The translations under genes were made by a program, and so were the position numbers. A stretch of DNA of 64,000 nucleotides from Paramecium tetraurelia (Eukaryota): NCBI GenBank assembly GCA_000165425.1, contig CT867988.1, forward strand, positions 1 to 64,000, in the 5' to 3' direction. The notes under the pieces were generated by a model. That model was given only the letters and a program-made list of their open reading frames with translations. It ran no database searches and was not told the origin of the DNA. Of this stretch, positions 52,464 through 64,000 are shown in pieces. Within the stretch, counting starts at the first letter, position 1. Every line of letters starts with the position of its first letter.

Positions 52464-54157
52464 ATGTCATCTGACCAATCAGGCGATTAGAAGCCCTTAA
52501 TGCAACCATTTTCGGTCTTGGATCCTGAGGAAAAGAAGGAATCAACCTATAACAGTTCTAAATTCGAAGGGTATGAGTCATTTTATATGAATCCTTTAGT
52601 AAATGTGTCGATCCAAGGTTGATGACATTTTGCATCACTAATTTTGTAATCAATGTTGGTATTTCACAAATCGCTCCTTTTTATCCTGGATTGGCTGCAG
52701 ACAAGGCTGGTCTGACATACTCTTAAATTGGATTGGTGTTTAGTATCAATCCTCTGGGCTCTATTCTGTTTAGTTTTGTTATAGGAAGTTTTATATAAGT
52801 TTGGGGTATAGTTTTTTATTAATTTAGGTCGAAAGAAATGTTTAATGATAGCTCTAGTTGTGCAATCCTCTGTCTAAATCCTTTTCGGATGCCTCAATTT
52901 CATGACAGACAATAAAGCCTTATTCTTTTCAATGTCCCTCATATCCAGATTCTTCTAAGGTATGAGTAGATCTGTCTATTCCACTGTGACATTTGCTTAT
53001 GTACCAATATTTTGGCCTGGAGAATTTTAGAAAAAGTTGGCAATTATGGAAACAATGACTGCGTAAAGATATTTATAAATCTATATAGATTGGGATTGTT
53101 GTTTGGACCTATGATAGGCAGTGTGTTGAACTATGCATTCGGATATTCCATTCCATTTTTCGTTATTGCCATTTTTTTCCTTTGTGCTGAAATTCCTACT
53201 TATACCCAATTACCTCCTGATAGCACTATGAAGAGTTTTGAAAAAAAGAAGAAACTCCCTATTGGAAAAGCATTTACTTCAATCAAAGTCATAGTAACAA
53301 TAATGAATGTCATGTCCATCACTGCAGGTTATACTTACTTCAATCCATTCTTTGTTAATCACATGCAATCCTTCGGACTTTCTGAAAATGTTGCTGCCTT
53401 CATCCTGACAATTCCCGCTATTTTCTATATTGGTATGGTTAACATAATCCCCAAAATTGGAAAGCACGTTAAGAAGACTTTCATGATGTCTTTGGCTTTG
53501 GTGGTATGCTTTAGTGGAAACATGTTGGAAGCTCCATTTTGGGGAGAAGGTAATACACTAGCAAGTGTTATTATTGGGTTGATATTGGTTGGTGTTTCAC
53601 AATCATTCTCAATGATTCCCAGCATTCCACAAATAAGTGAGTTTTTAGCACCTGTTGTGACAGATCCATAATTCAAGTAAAATTTGATATTTATTATTAG
53701 AAATAACTTAACTGATATGGCATCTGCCTTATTTATCATGTCAATGGGTTGTGGCTCTTTGGTAGGCCCATTGTTGGGAGGATCAGTGTATGATGGATTT
53801 GGTGGTAATGTCAACCTCACTGGTTCACCCCCTCAAGAGTTAATAGATTAAGAAAGAGAAGCCTTCAGAGGAGCCATGATTTGCTTAGGATTGTGGTAAT
53901 TAATTGCAGCAACACTGTTCTTCTTCTTTGGAGACGGATACAAAGGTTGGAGTGACTGTTGCAGAACCTTATCAACTGGACAATAACCACCTTAAGATGA
54001 AGGATAACAATTGACTAAACCCTTAAATGATGACACCTCAGATGATGTGATGAGTGACAATGATACGTTGTCTTCAGAAGCATCTGTAGGAAATGATAAT
54101 GATTTGTTACAAGGACCCCCAAAAAAAACAATAACAATAAGAAAAGAAGCTTTATGA
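52464..54157 (+). CDS. MFS transporter (SLC18B1-like)
   Basis: About 12 TM; SQIAPFYPGLA, G/RKKCL motif A, SRFFQGMS, METMTA/LGLLFGPMIGSVL, GSLVGPLLGGSVYDGFG. Confidence 0.87.
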
Positions 54158-54185
54158 ATTTGTACATTTAAAATTATTATATATA

Positions 54186-55428
54186 TCAATTTTTAACTTC
54201 TTCTATAGGCACAACTGATCCGAATCTGGACACTTATTCTTTACCACTTAAAAGATTGTTCAAGAATCTATCTACATTTGCTGAAGTCAATGAACCTCTC
54301 ATCTTTGAGAACAATTATTTCTTTGGACTCAAAGCCAAAACTGAAGGATAACTATTAATAATCATTATAATAAATACCCTGCTCCTGACAATCCAAATTG
54401 TTCTTCCAATTCATATTGATCTCCTGCTTAAGACCAGAAGTGAACCAAGGGCTTGGATTTCAATGGCTTCACAGTCTCTCTATAGGTGTTCAAATATGCA
54501 TCTCTGCATTCTTAATCGCAATCATAGATGTGTGGAACAAACAATAAAACACATATGCCAGTGGATTTCAAACAGTTGTCTGTGAATTATTGTTAGTTGA
54601 CCAATTATTCAAAGAAGAGAGGCTTTAATCTTCTATTAGTTTCTCGAGCATAATTAAGAAGAGTATTGAAGTCTCTGGCTCCATCGAAACTTTCAAAATC
54701 ACCATCTACTTTCTCTCCTGCTCCAAAGAATCTAATGGTTGGGAATCCCTCCACCTTATACTTTCCCTTGGTCTTTGATCCTTCTCCACTGGCATCGATC
54801 TTGGCTACTTTTACTTCACCCTTGAGAGCTGTTGCCAATTTAGCCCACTCTGGTGCCAATTTCTTACTAAAATGATTAAATTTAGATTTGATACCAATGT
54901 CCACACCAAGGAGCATAAAACTCTACAAACCAAGAGTCTTTACTATTGAGAATGGTTTCATCAAGATTGTCGTCTGTCAACACGATTACATCACTTTCAT
55001 CTATCTATGGTTCTGGGGTTTTCTCTCCTTACTTCTTAGGCACTTTACCGACTCGTTTGAAGGCAAACTAAGATTAATTAATATTTTCATCATACATCTC
55101 TGATTTAATCAAAAGCAAAGCTAACAATTTCTTAGGCTTCCCATTCTCCTGGATATTCGATTGCCTATCCATTTGAATAGACTCTTAAGACTGTGCTACT
55201 TCCATTTGAAAGTGCTCCAACATTAATCATTCCCTTCAGAGCTTCAGCAGCCAAAGCAACTTGAGTTCTTTGTTCTGAGCTCAAATTAGAATATTCCACT
55301 ATGACCCAGAAGGTTTTCTAATCTTGCACTTTTGCATTGAAATCATCTTAAGTAAGTTCATGAACATCTGTTCCTGAGAAGTTGGCTATAGACAGAGCAA
55401 TTAGTAATGCAAAGAATATTGCTTTCAT
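54186..55428 (-). CDS. Protein disulfide isomerase A6/P5-like
   Basis: Signal peptide [15 protein letters not shown]; first Trx domain degenerate; second [20 protein letters not shown] (intron inside CGHC), [11 protein letters not shown]5-type C-terminal domain [21 protein letters not shown]. Confidence 0.87.
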
Positions 55429-56141
55429 CAACGTATGATAAAAATATTATTCTAGAAAACTCTTTAAATTTTAAGAATATAAACTAAATGACGTGGTAGT
55501 TAAAATATCTTCTATTTTCATATTCTATAGATCAAATTATCTCTTATAATTAATAAACATTCAAAAATCCTTCAATTACTCTATTCTAACCTCCCATTAG
55601 GTCAATAGGAATTTATAAATGAAATTTTTCATAGAATATTTTGAATTTTATAAAAACAAAAATATAATATACATTAATATTTAATGATTCCTATGAAATT
55701 ATTTAGACCTCTTAGTTCACAAATAAACATTCAAAACTTGCATCTATTATATATATTGTAAGCAAGAATATTTGAATTTCAAAATGAAAACTTTCTGGGT
55801 ACTTGGTTTATTGAAGAACATAAAGATTCAAAATAAAAATTAATATCAGGAGGATTAGAAATTAAGGCTAATCTCTTAAAGATTCTCTCTGCACATAAAT
55901 TTATAAAATTTAATGAAGTTATGTAGAGAATGAATGAATTATGAATTAATAAGAATCTGAAATAATGAATAAAACTGATAAATTAGAGGTTAGATCATAT
56001 ACACATCCATTAAATGTCTATGGAATAATATTTGCAACTTGATTCTTTTTATTTATTTCTTAGAAATGAGTTAAATTATGAAGTTTTCTTAAAAATGAAG
56101 AAATGGCTATTTTTATGATAATAAAATTAATAATTATTATA

Positions 56142-56540
56142 ATGAATTATAGAATTGAAAAGGCTGACTTATATATTAGATAGCATCGAATAATCGAGTT
56201 GTTTGAGGATTTGACTACAGCCATCTCATACGAATAACCAGGAGACATAAAAAAGTTTTTGATTGAATAATTGCAGTTAAAATAGAAATTCGGTTTCAAA
56301 ACAGGTTTATTCAAACCAGAAGAAATTGATAACATTTTCACAGTAAAATGATTTAAGCATTATTACTAATAGCTATTTGATTTAAAATAAGACGGATGGA
56401 TTTCTAAAAAGTAAGCAATTGATGCTTTCAAAGTTATGGCAGCTTCCCAATATCAACTCAAAGATGAGTCTATTTTTCCAGAAAAAGTCACAAAAAAGTA
56501 ATTTGCAGAAATTATCGGAGAACACCTAGGTATAAAATGA
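56142..56540 (+). CDS. EFCAB10: EF-hand protein, EFCAB10-like
   Basis: MNYRIEKADLYIRQHRIIELFEDLTTAISYEQPGDIKKFLIEQL (RIIa/Dpy-30-like D/D helix) ..GLFKPEEIDNIFT/LFDLKQDGWISKKQAIDAF. Confidence 0.72.
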
Positions 56541-56604
56541 TCTATATAAAATAAATATATTTTAAAAACATCTATAAATTAATAAATACGCAAAATTAAT
56601 AGAA

Positions 56605-57568
56605 ATGAAATCCAATCCTATTTTAAGGTCACACAAGGAATAAAATATATACTTTATAAAGTCAATATAGCATCAAAAGTTAATAGGCTTCCAAAAATCT
56701 GGCACTCAATTTGAGTTCTGTGACATAGATCCTCATTGTGCTGACTAATTTTAATGGATTATACAAAGTGATGATTAAAACGAATAAAAATATGAGTTTA
56801 GATTTGGTGAATACGTCTTAATATAAAACCTGGCAAGGAACATACCCATAAACAGCGATAAAGTGCCTCTATTATTGGAATTTTCCAACGGGAGTATTGA
56901 TTCATAAGTATTCAACAAATGCTCAAACAATTTAATAGGAAACTAACCATGTGTGTTAAAAAATAATTTTAACAAACGTTATTTCGACATTGAAAAATTT
57001 TCATCAACCTATACAGAATAACCATGTTATTTTTAAATAATACCAAAGTGTAGTCAAAGAACTTTGTCTATCCCGAGACCAATTTGCAACTAAATATATG
57101 ACTTTTAAATACGAAATTACTTTAAAGGATATTACCTATCTTTTTCTAATTAATTTGAGACTGAAAAAATTTTGGCAATTAAAAATGAATAAACCATACC
57201 CTAAGACAGTTGGAGGATATTCTAAATAGATAATAATGTCTATCAGTTGTATAATCAATCATAAAGATGCTATATTCAGAATTTGTCAATGGACAAATAA
57301 GAGGAAGCCAAATGTTTATATCTATGCTCCAATTAGCCTAAGTATAATTGGAGGATTATATGTAAAATACTGTTTTATTGATTATTTAGGTCCATAAAAA
57401 AAAGAGATAAGTTTTGGGATTCCATTTTTGATTCAAGACATGTCCAGTGGAAGTTTTATTAATGTAGACCTTATAAATCCCAAAGATGATAAGAGCAATG
57501 AGTTTGGGGTGGTCTTAAAGAAGAATATTGATAACACTTCTTTATGGGTGGTGTTTAATATGAAATGA
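56605..57568 (+). CDS. Hypothetical protein (possible beta-trefoil repeats)
   Basis: Open table-6 frame; IYFIKS..DQFQWII, FQIRN..QDSWRIF patterns only weakly suggest ricin-B-like repeats. Confidence 0.45.
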
Positions 57569-57612
57569 TTGATATAAGTAATTTCTTTACTTCTATAATA
57601 AAATTATTAATA

Positions 57613-58981
57613 ATGCATCTCATAGATATCGCTGTTTTCGTTATGATAGTGCTTAGCTTAGTTGGAACTTTGTTTTTCTTAAGAGATCATGCTCCTGGAA
57701 AATAAAATTCAAAAGTTGGATTAGGCTGCTCTAGCTTATTTATATTGTATATCCTTACGAAAACAATAAGTTAGTCAAATTGTATTGAGTATCTTATTCT
57801 ATGTAGTCGTTATCATAGGATTAACTCTACTTATGTTAGGGAAGTTTTATTATACCGCAAAAAATTCCCTCTAATTGTATTTCAATAACCAAAGACTCAA
57901 TTCAGAGGTCTCGGAGCATGGAATCAAAGGTAATGAACCAGATCACGAATTACCAGGTTACCTGCCACCTATTATGTCTGAAAATGAATCACGATGCTCT
58001 AGTTAATAGAGCTAGCAAGAGCATAATAAACCTATTAGAATCAAATAAGGATAATCTTTATAATTTGGGAGACAATAATAGTAGAAAGATATTCAGAAAA
58101 TTGGCTTATAGCTCAGTTTTTTAGGAGACTTTAAACAGTCTAACTTCTAGAAGAGCCAACTTGGACTGAACTCAATTAAACAAAGCTATATGCAAGTTCA
58201 TCCCATTAATTGTAGTGTTTATTTTTAGTATATTAGAAACTGTAAATTTGGTGAGGTACTCGGAAGATGGTGAAAGCAAAATAGGAATTCTGAAAACTAT
58301 TAAATCTATTACTTATGATTTGGCTGAGAAAGAATTAGAGTAGTTACAAAAAGAACCTGTAATTTCAAAAGCCGATTACCCAAAAATTTAGATTTTATAT
58401 GAGAGTAGTTAACCTGAAATTCAAAGTTATAACAATGAATTGTAAAGTAGACAAAGCAAACAAAGCAATACCAATTTACTTTAACAATAAGCCCCTTTTA
58501 AAGATGTTAAAACAGAATAATCAATAATGCCATATCAATAAAAACCTGTTTTCCAGAAGAAAATTAGTTGGATCAAAATATTAAAGCAGCTAATAATTTT
58601 GATGGTCTTTTCTCTTAGCGTTGCTCAATTTCCCCAATAAGATTTAAAGTCTCACATTTTCATGATCATCTATATACTCGGATATACTTTTTATTAGATG
58701 TCGCTTTTTTCATTATTTGTTGCAGAAGGACTGGAAATTACTACTCAATTAAGGGAGATTATTGCATGGTCATTATTAATATTATTGCCTACCTCATTGG
58801 CAATATTAATTATACATTTTCAAATAGATTGTTTTCAATTTATGGCTTGGTTATCTATCTTAATTGCAAGCTAAAAAATAAAATATGCATCAAGGTATCT
58901 ATTTAGATCTATCATCATAGAAATCCTGCTCTCTTCAACCCATTTATAATTATATTATGTTTAAGTGCATTATTTTGCTGA
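57613..58981 (+). CDS. Hypothetical multi-pass membrane protein
   Basis: N-terminal TM cluster (MHLIDIAVFVMIVLSLVGTLFFL), soluble middle region, C-terminal TM cluster; micro-introns; TGA 58979-58981. Confidence 0.6.
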
Positions 58982-59010
58982 TAAATATGAAAACTATAAT
59001 AATTCATTAA

Positions 59011-60054
59011 TCACGAATTTTTAATTCCAATCTCGTCAATCTCTAATCAAAGTTTGTTAAAGCCATGTTTACGGTTGTCTACAATTCTGAAAATTTTTGC
59101 ATAACCGATTTAATGTTATCATTGCTAAGCAATATTACCTACATCAATTTTTAGAGATCTTGATGACTCACACCATTTTATTATTGAGCTGAATTATTTT
59201 GTTGAGTTTGATAATTTTATTAGACTTAAATATTTGGTTGAGTTTGATAGCTTTATTAAACTTAATTGATTTTTTATTTGAATGATTATTAAGCTTAGAT
59301 TTCATTCTAAGAATCATTCTTGTCATCAGATTGAGGAGGAGATGGCTGTTATTGATATTGTTATGCGTAAATGCATTATTATGTATAATTGCACTATTAC
59401 TCTAATAATTGATATTATTCTTGATTGCAAGTGGTTATCCTTGGAGCCAATTCATTTTGTTAAGTTATCTTATAAGGTTCTGGTCGTTTTGGTTGTTCTA
59501 TGTCTTCTTCATCATCTTCACTTTAGAAATTCTCTCGTTGCACAAATACTTAAGGTTTTTATTTATTATTTGACTCCTGCTATTTTTATGTGTTTTATAT
59601 GTTTTATGTGTTTTATATGTATGAACTGTTTTCTTATCCCTTAAACACATTCACCTTTTTCTCTTTTTTTGTTCTCTACAACACTTCATTAAAGATATCG
59701 TTTATCAAGATTAATTTGTGCTCTAAATATTGTTCTGAGAGAAATTAGGCTATATTTATTGACGATTTATAGTTGAATTCTAATTGAAGCATTTTGAACA
59801 CTTATTCTGTGAATCTCAAATCATTTTTGGAATAGAGCTCATATCCTTTATCAACCAAGGCTAACAAACAATCTTAAGCAATAGGTACATTTATAAAAGC
59901 TTGAATTGTATTCAATTAAAATGTAGTGGAGTATTCTCAAAAAAAAAGTTGGGTTGTTATCCTTAACATATTCAAATGCAAATTATTCTTTGTATTCAGC
60001 CTTCTTCATTGTTTTCTTAAAATTTTCATATTAATTTTATAGATCAGAGCTCAT
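59011..60054 (-). CDS. CEP44: Centrosomal protein CEP44-like
   Basis: MSSDLQNQYENFKKTMKKAEY..NPTFFLRILHYILIEYN..GYELYSKNDLRFTEQVFKMLQLEFNYKSSINIAQFLSEQYLEHKL matches the CEP44 N-terminal domain as I recall it; C-terminal coiled coil. Confidence 0.8.
59584..59620. repeat. Short 9/18-bp tandem repeat inside CEP44-like CDS
   Basis: ttttatgtg/ttttatatg units alternating; on minus strand encodes IQNTQNIQNTQ. Confidence 0.7.
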
Positions 60055-60431
60055 TTCAAAATTCAAATTAAAAATATATTAACAAATTTTTATCAATAAT
60101 TTTATGATATTTTTTATTAGCATTTCATCAAAAAATAATAACATCATAAATTTAATCTCTTAGAATTATAGTTAGTCCTTCTGTTTCCAAAAAAAAGAAT
60201 TAACAAAATGATGATAATTTTGTAGCATTTCAATTTACTAAAATTAAAATTTCTAACAAACAGTAATGTTTAAAATTATAACCATTGGTTTAGTCTATCA
60301 AAAGTAAAAATTGCATTTTACAATAAATTTTGAAAGCTATCTCAGTTTTTTTGTTGCATTTTAATACTAATTATCAACTTTATTAAAGGATGACTTATGA
60401 CTTTTATTTATAATGATAAAATACTAAATAA

Positions 60432-60665
60432 ATGGAAAAGAATGAAGGTTTGAAGGAAGAAGAAATAAAAATTGCGAAAGTGACACGCTTAGATAAAACA
60501 GGGTGCCCAATTGTAAGGGGGTAGAAGGGACACAAAATCACATTTTGCGATGAAGTGATAGCTGGGAAACCTATTCATAATATAATTTTCGTCGAATGTT
60601 ACAAACAATTCAATTTGCCTTCAAATGATATGGAAGTTGCTGATGAATGCTGCTTATTAATATGA
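60432..60665 (+). CDS. 77-aa protein with RVxF-like motif and C-terminal CaaX; copy 1
   Basis: MEKNEGLKEEEIKIAKVTRLDKTGCPIVRGQKGHKITFCDEVIAGKPIHNIIFVECYKQFNLPSNDMEVADECCLLI-TGA; one internal TAG, so absent from the ORF track. Confidence 0.78.
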
Positions 60666-60853
60666 AGAACTTTGATTTATTTTATGAGTTTGTTTTCTTT
60701 GAATTCAATTTTAACATTCATTTTAAAGAGTTTTGAAAACATGTCAATGCTGAACATTTCTTTATTGCAGTTGAATCAATCAATATATTGAAGACCTCTT
60801 TTTGATGATTAAAAAGGGTAAATTTATATCCTTGAGAAAAATTATTAACAATT

Positions 60854-61105
60854 ATGGAAAAAGTTTAAAGCCAAACTTATTTAACATCACATACCACCTT
60901 AAGTACAAAAATTTAAAAACTTAACTTCAGAACTGACAAAAGAGGGTTTCCGATTTTGAAAGGATCTAAGTGTCATGGGATAAGTTTTAAGGATTAGATA
61001 AAATAGGGGGAACTGTAGACCGTAATACTAGTAGAGAGTTGGAAATAGCTAAATTATGATAATAAATAAAAGAAATAAGCAACAGAATGCTGTGTGATTT
61101 ATTGA
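60854..61105 (+). CDS. 83-aa protein of the same family; copy 2
   Basis: MEKVQSQTYLTSHTTLSTKIQKLNFRTDKRGFPILKGSKCHGISFKDQIKQGELQTVILVESWKQLNYDNKQKKQATECCVIY-TGA. Confidence 0.78.
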
Positions 61106-61164
61106 TCAGTAATACCAAAAATGAATCCTTATGAAAATCGAGTTATATAGTTATTTGTGTTATA

Positions 61165-63293
61165 TCAATTTATTAACAAAAAATCAGTTTTTTCATCATA
61201 AAGTGCTTCCAATTTATTAATAATTAATTAACTCATAGATTGTTAGGCTTAGTAAATTCTGTCAATTACTGATGTTAGAACATCTGATTGAATTTTTACA
61301 TGATATGGTTAAAATTAATTGATGCATAGATTATTGCATTCTAGAATCAAAACGTCTTCCATAAAAGAGCATTCTATTGCTTTTAGAGGTTGTACAAATT
61401 TCACAATTCCTGATTAAGAGTTTTTTTAAAGGACAGTGTGAATCAAATAACCTGAATTTACATCAAGAATTAAATACTATATATTCTTTAATTATTAATT
61501 ACATTTTATTAATTTGCTAATTGTATCAATTCACAAGCCTAATAAACTTCTATTTCTTTGTTAATTTTGTATAGGTTTTATACTCCCTTTTTCTTATAAT
61601 TTTTAACTGAGCATTTCAATAAAATCCACAAATACACATAGTTAAAATCTGAAAGTTTATTATTATGATTATATGGTTTCAAATCCTCTAATTTTAAGAC
61701 AGGTTGAGAATTTGTAAAGTTATCCCAATCAAAATTTTCTATAATATCCCAATTGACAAATAACCCTTCACTTTATTTTTTGTTTGTAACTTTTAAATTT
61801 TAAATTATAGATACGACCTTATTTTTTAATTGTTAATACAATTGTTTCAACTCATTCAAATCCTCATTGATCGTTAATAGAATTATTAACTCAAGAAGCT
61901 TTTTTGAGTAAACAATTTCCTCTTTTAAATTTATTATCTAATTAGAAATAATCTTTACATTGATAATCTACATTGATGGTATTTAGTAATTATTTTATTT
62001 GGCAACAAACCAGATGGATAAATAGAGATGCAATATTGTGTTGTGTTTTGACTAAATAAATGATATAATAATTACTCTTAGCAGCTCTAAAAATTGATTT
62101 CTATATGGATTAACTATTAAATTGATTTTCTTATTTTTCAATTCTTTCATCTCCGAATTATTCTCCAATTCTTTATAGAATATATGTTAGAATTCTAACT
62201 CAACATTCTTTGTATCATATATCCATTATTACTATTATTTCTCTTCTTTTTAATTCTGAATGGTCTCATCAATAAATATTTAATCTTCACAAAAAAAGGA
62301 CATTATTGAATATACTAAAGGCAATTTCGTAAGGAATAGGTAAATTGTGAATAGTCCTACTTCATATCCAAGTGTAAATGAAGTTTTTCTACCAAGTAAA
62401 AGGCCATCTAAGATTGGCTAAATTAGTTTATCTAAAATTAACTTCTCCAGAAGAGTAGATAGGAACGGGCATTCGGTTAAGAGATCATTAAAAAACATAA
62501 GAACATCTTCAAGTTTATCTAGTTGATCTTGTGAATCTATTTTGAAAGTCCCTAGCATTTATTAGATTTGTAATGTGTATTTATTGTATACTTATTTAAA
62601 AGGCGAAGAGGTTAGATAAAGTTTAAATTAAACCATAATTTTAGTTTAATTAACAATAACTGATTCTGTTTGCTTCCCTTTTTTTGGCTCAGATGACACT
62701 ATGATGAATATTCTACAATATTGTACATTTTGATAAACTGAGAACTATATTTTAGCTGGTGTTCTTAACTAATTCATCTGGATAGTCAATAAACTTCTAA
62801 GCCTACCATAGTAATGGGAAGGTACAATATCGCTAATTGAAATAAAGATAAAAATTTTCTCTATTAATTCTGATAGCAATAGTCTTTAAGAAATTCACAT
62901 AATAATCTACTATTTCTGGATTATTAAAGTCGTAGTTATGGTTAATAAAATCATGCAAAGCTGGGTTGCTTAAGGCATAATTTATATTGAGTGGATTTTA
63001 AAGATTAGTGCTATAATGACACAACAATTTACATAACCATGGATGTCCTTTCAATAATAAAAATAGTTAACTGATGATTAGCAGATTTGAGTTTCTGGTA
63101 AAATAGGCTTAATATATTATGTTCAGCCAAATAACTTAATAATCTTGATAGCATACTCAAATATTTCTTCTTTTTGATGATCTCCAAAAAGAAAGTATTC
63201 AGATAATTCTTCTATGATCTATTTATATTTATGGCTCTTTTCAGGCTTTTGGAGATCTAAGTGCAATTTTTTTACATCTTATATTACTTTCAT
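61165..63293 (-). CDS. CLEC16A/TT9-like FPL-domain protein (endolysosomal trafficking)
   Basis: IIEELSEYFLFGDHQKEEIFE..INYALSNPALHDFINHNYDFNNPEIVDYYVNFLKTIAIRINRENFYLYFNQRYCTFPLLWQAQKFIDYPDELVKNTAKNIVLSL = FPL domain signature. Confidence 0.8.
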
Positions 63294-64000
63294 TAATTAT
63301 AACAAATTTGTATAAATGTATTAATAAAAATCATTAATTTATGGATAATAAAGTTCACCATATTGATTTTGGGAAATAAAAAAAAATTAAAGGCCTTTTT
63401 ATAGCTGTAATTCCCAATGATCTACAATTTTTTTGTCCTTAAAGAATAGTTGAATTTTTATCTCATATTTTTTGCTCTAGTTCATATAAACATAATATTT
63501 GCATAGGTTTAAATGAAAGTCTCAAAAATATTATCGTGAAAGAATTAAATGAGTTTATAAAAGGATCTTGACATACATTACTTTTTCCTAATTTATAACA
63601 ATTTTTATTTATTTAATTGAATGTAAATTAAATGCCAATTTTTCACTACTTTTATGTATTCATTAATTAAAAATCAATTAAATGATTTAAAAAAAGCAAG
63701 TCTAAATTGTAAACAAGAAAATAATATTTGATTTTGTTAAATATTTGTTGTAAGTAATTAACAGGTGAAGCTGTTCATTACTTAGTTTCAATTATCAAAG
63801 TATTATTTAAACATTAAATTGGACATATGATATTAATCAAAGGATTTGCTTACTCATGATACTAAAGAATTTCAACTTTATGATTATAATCTTAATTAAA
63901 TAATTTTTAGAGATAATTACATGTTCAATGCTATTTCATTTATGTTTCCCCTTTCTACTGTCAATCTCACCAATAATAGAATCAAAACCTTAAGAAATTT

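Noticed and set aside
53425..53820. 131-aa minus-strand ORF and similar antisense ORFs over CCT1, PDI, AGPS and ABHD17-like genes
   Set aside because: Lie opposite well-conserved genes and show no recognisable motifs.
58981..59090. Apparent 3' coding overlap between the membrane protein and CEP44-like gene
   Set aside because: Splicing the 26-nt intron at ~58895-58920 ends the plus gene at TGA 58979-58981, before the CEP44 stop at 59011.
59282..59644. 120-aa plus-strand ORF with CFICFMCFIC repeat, resembling a membrane or metal-binding protein
   Set aside because: Antisense to the CEP44-like gene; the repeat is the reverse complement of IQNTQN codons.
1..64000. IESs, transposons, telomeric repeats, tRNA/rRNA, CRISPR arrays
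   Set aside because: None recognised by eye; genes are not interrupted by TA-bounded inserts, consistent with somatic macronuclear DNA. Small RNAs could be missed without a covariance search.

Overview
AT-rich ciliate macronuclear DNA, most consistent with Paramecium (aurelia-type). Genes read through in-frame TAA/TAG as Gln (translation table 6), stop only at TGA, carry tiny 20-30 nt GT-AG introns and are often separated by under 100 nt. The supplied standard-code ORF track therefore fragments or misses most genes; I re-translated by hand with table 6, so boundaries are manual calls. About 38 genes are supportable: 3R-Myb, cytochrome P450 reductase, DNAAF1/ODA7, a trichocyst-matrix-like protein, a Cys-rich surface protein, two tandem multi-globin genes, an atypical eIF4E, hydrolases, a COXTT1-like mitochondrial protein, a CXC protein, NEK/AGC kinases and a pseudokinase, a DEAD-box helicase, SPCS1, a four-domain cation channel, a TPR protein, an aldo-keto reductase pseudogene, AGPS, a PPR protein, bZIP, CCT1, an MFS transporter, PDI, EFCAB10, CEP44 and CLEC16A/FPL. 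Most striking: two adjacent paralogues that each appear to chain four truncated (2/2) haemoglobin domains, all keeping the proximal His, behind a disordered N-terminus. Also notable are a tandem pair of ~80-aa RVxF-like + CaaX microproteins, a Cav-like channel with a T-E-E-E filter and degenerate S4s, and head-to-head genes whose ATGs are only 19 nt apart. No rRNA, tRNA, CRISPR array or mobile element was recognised.
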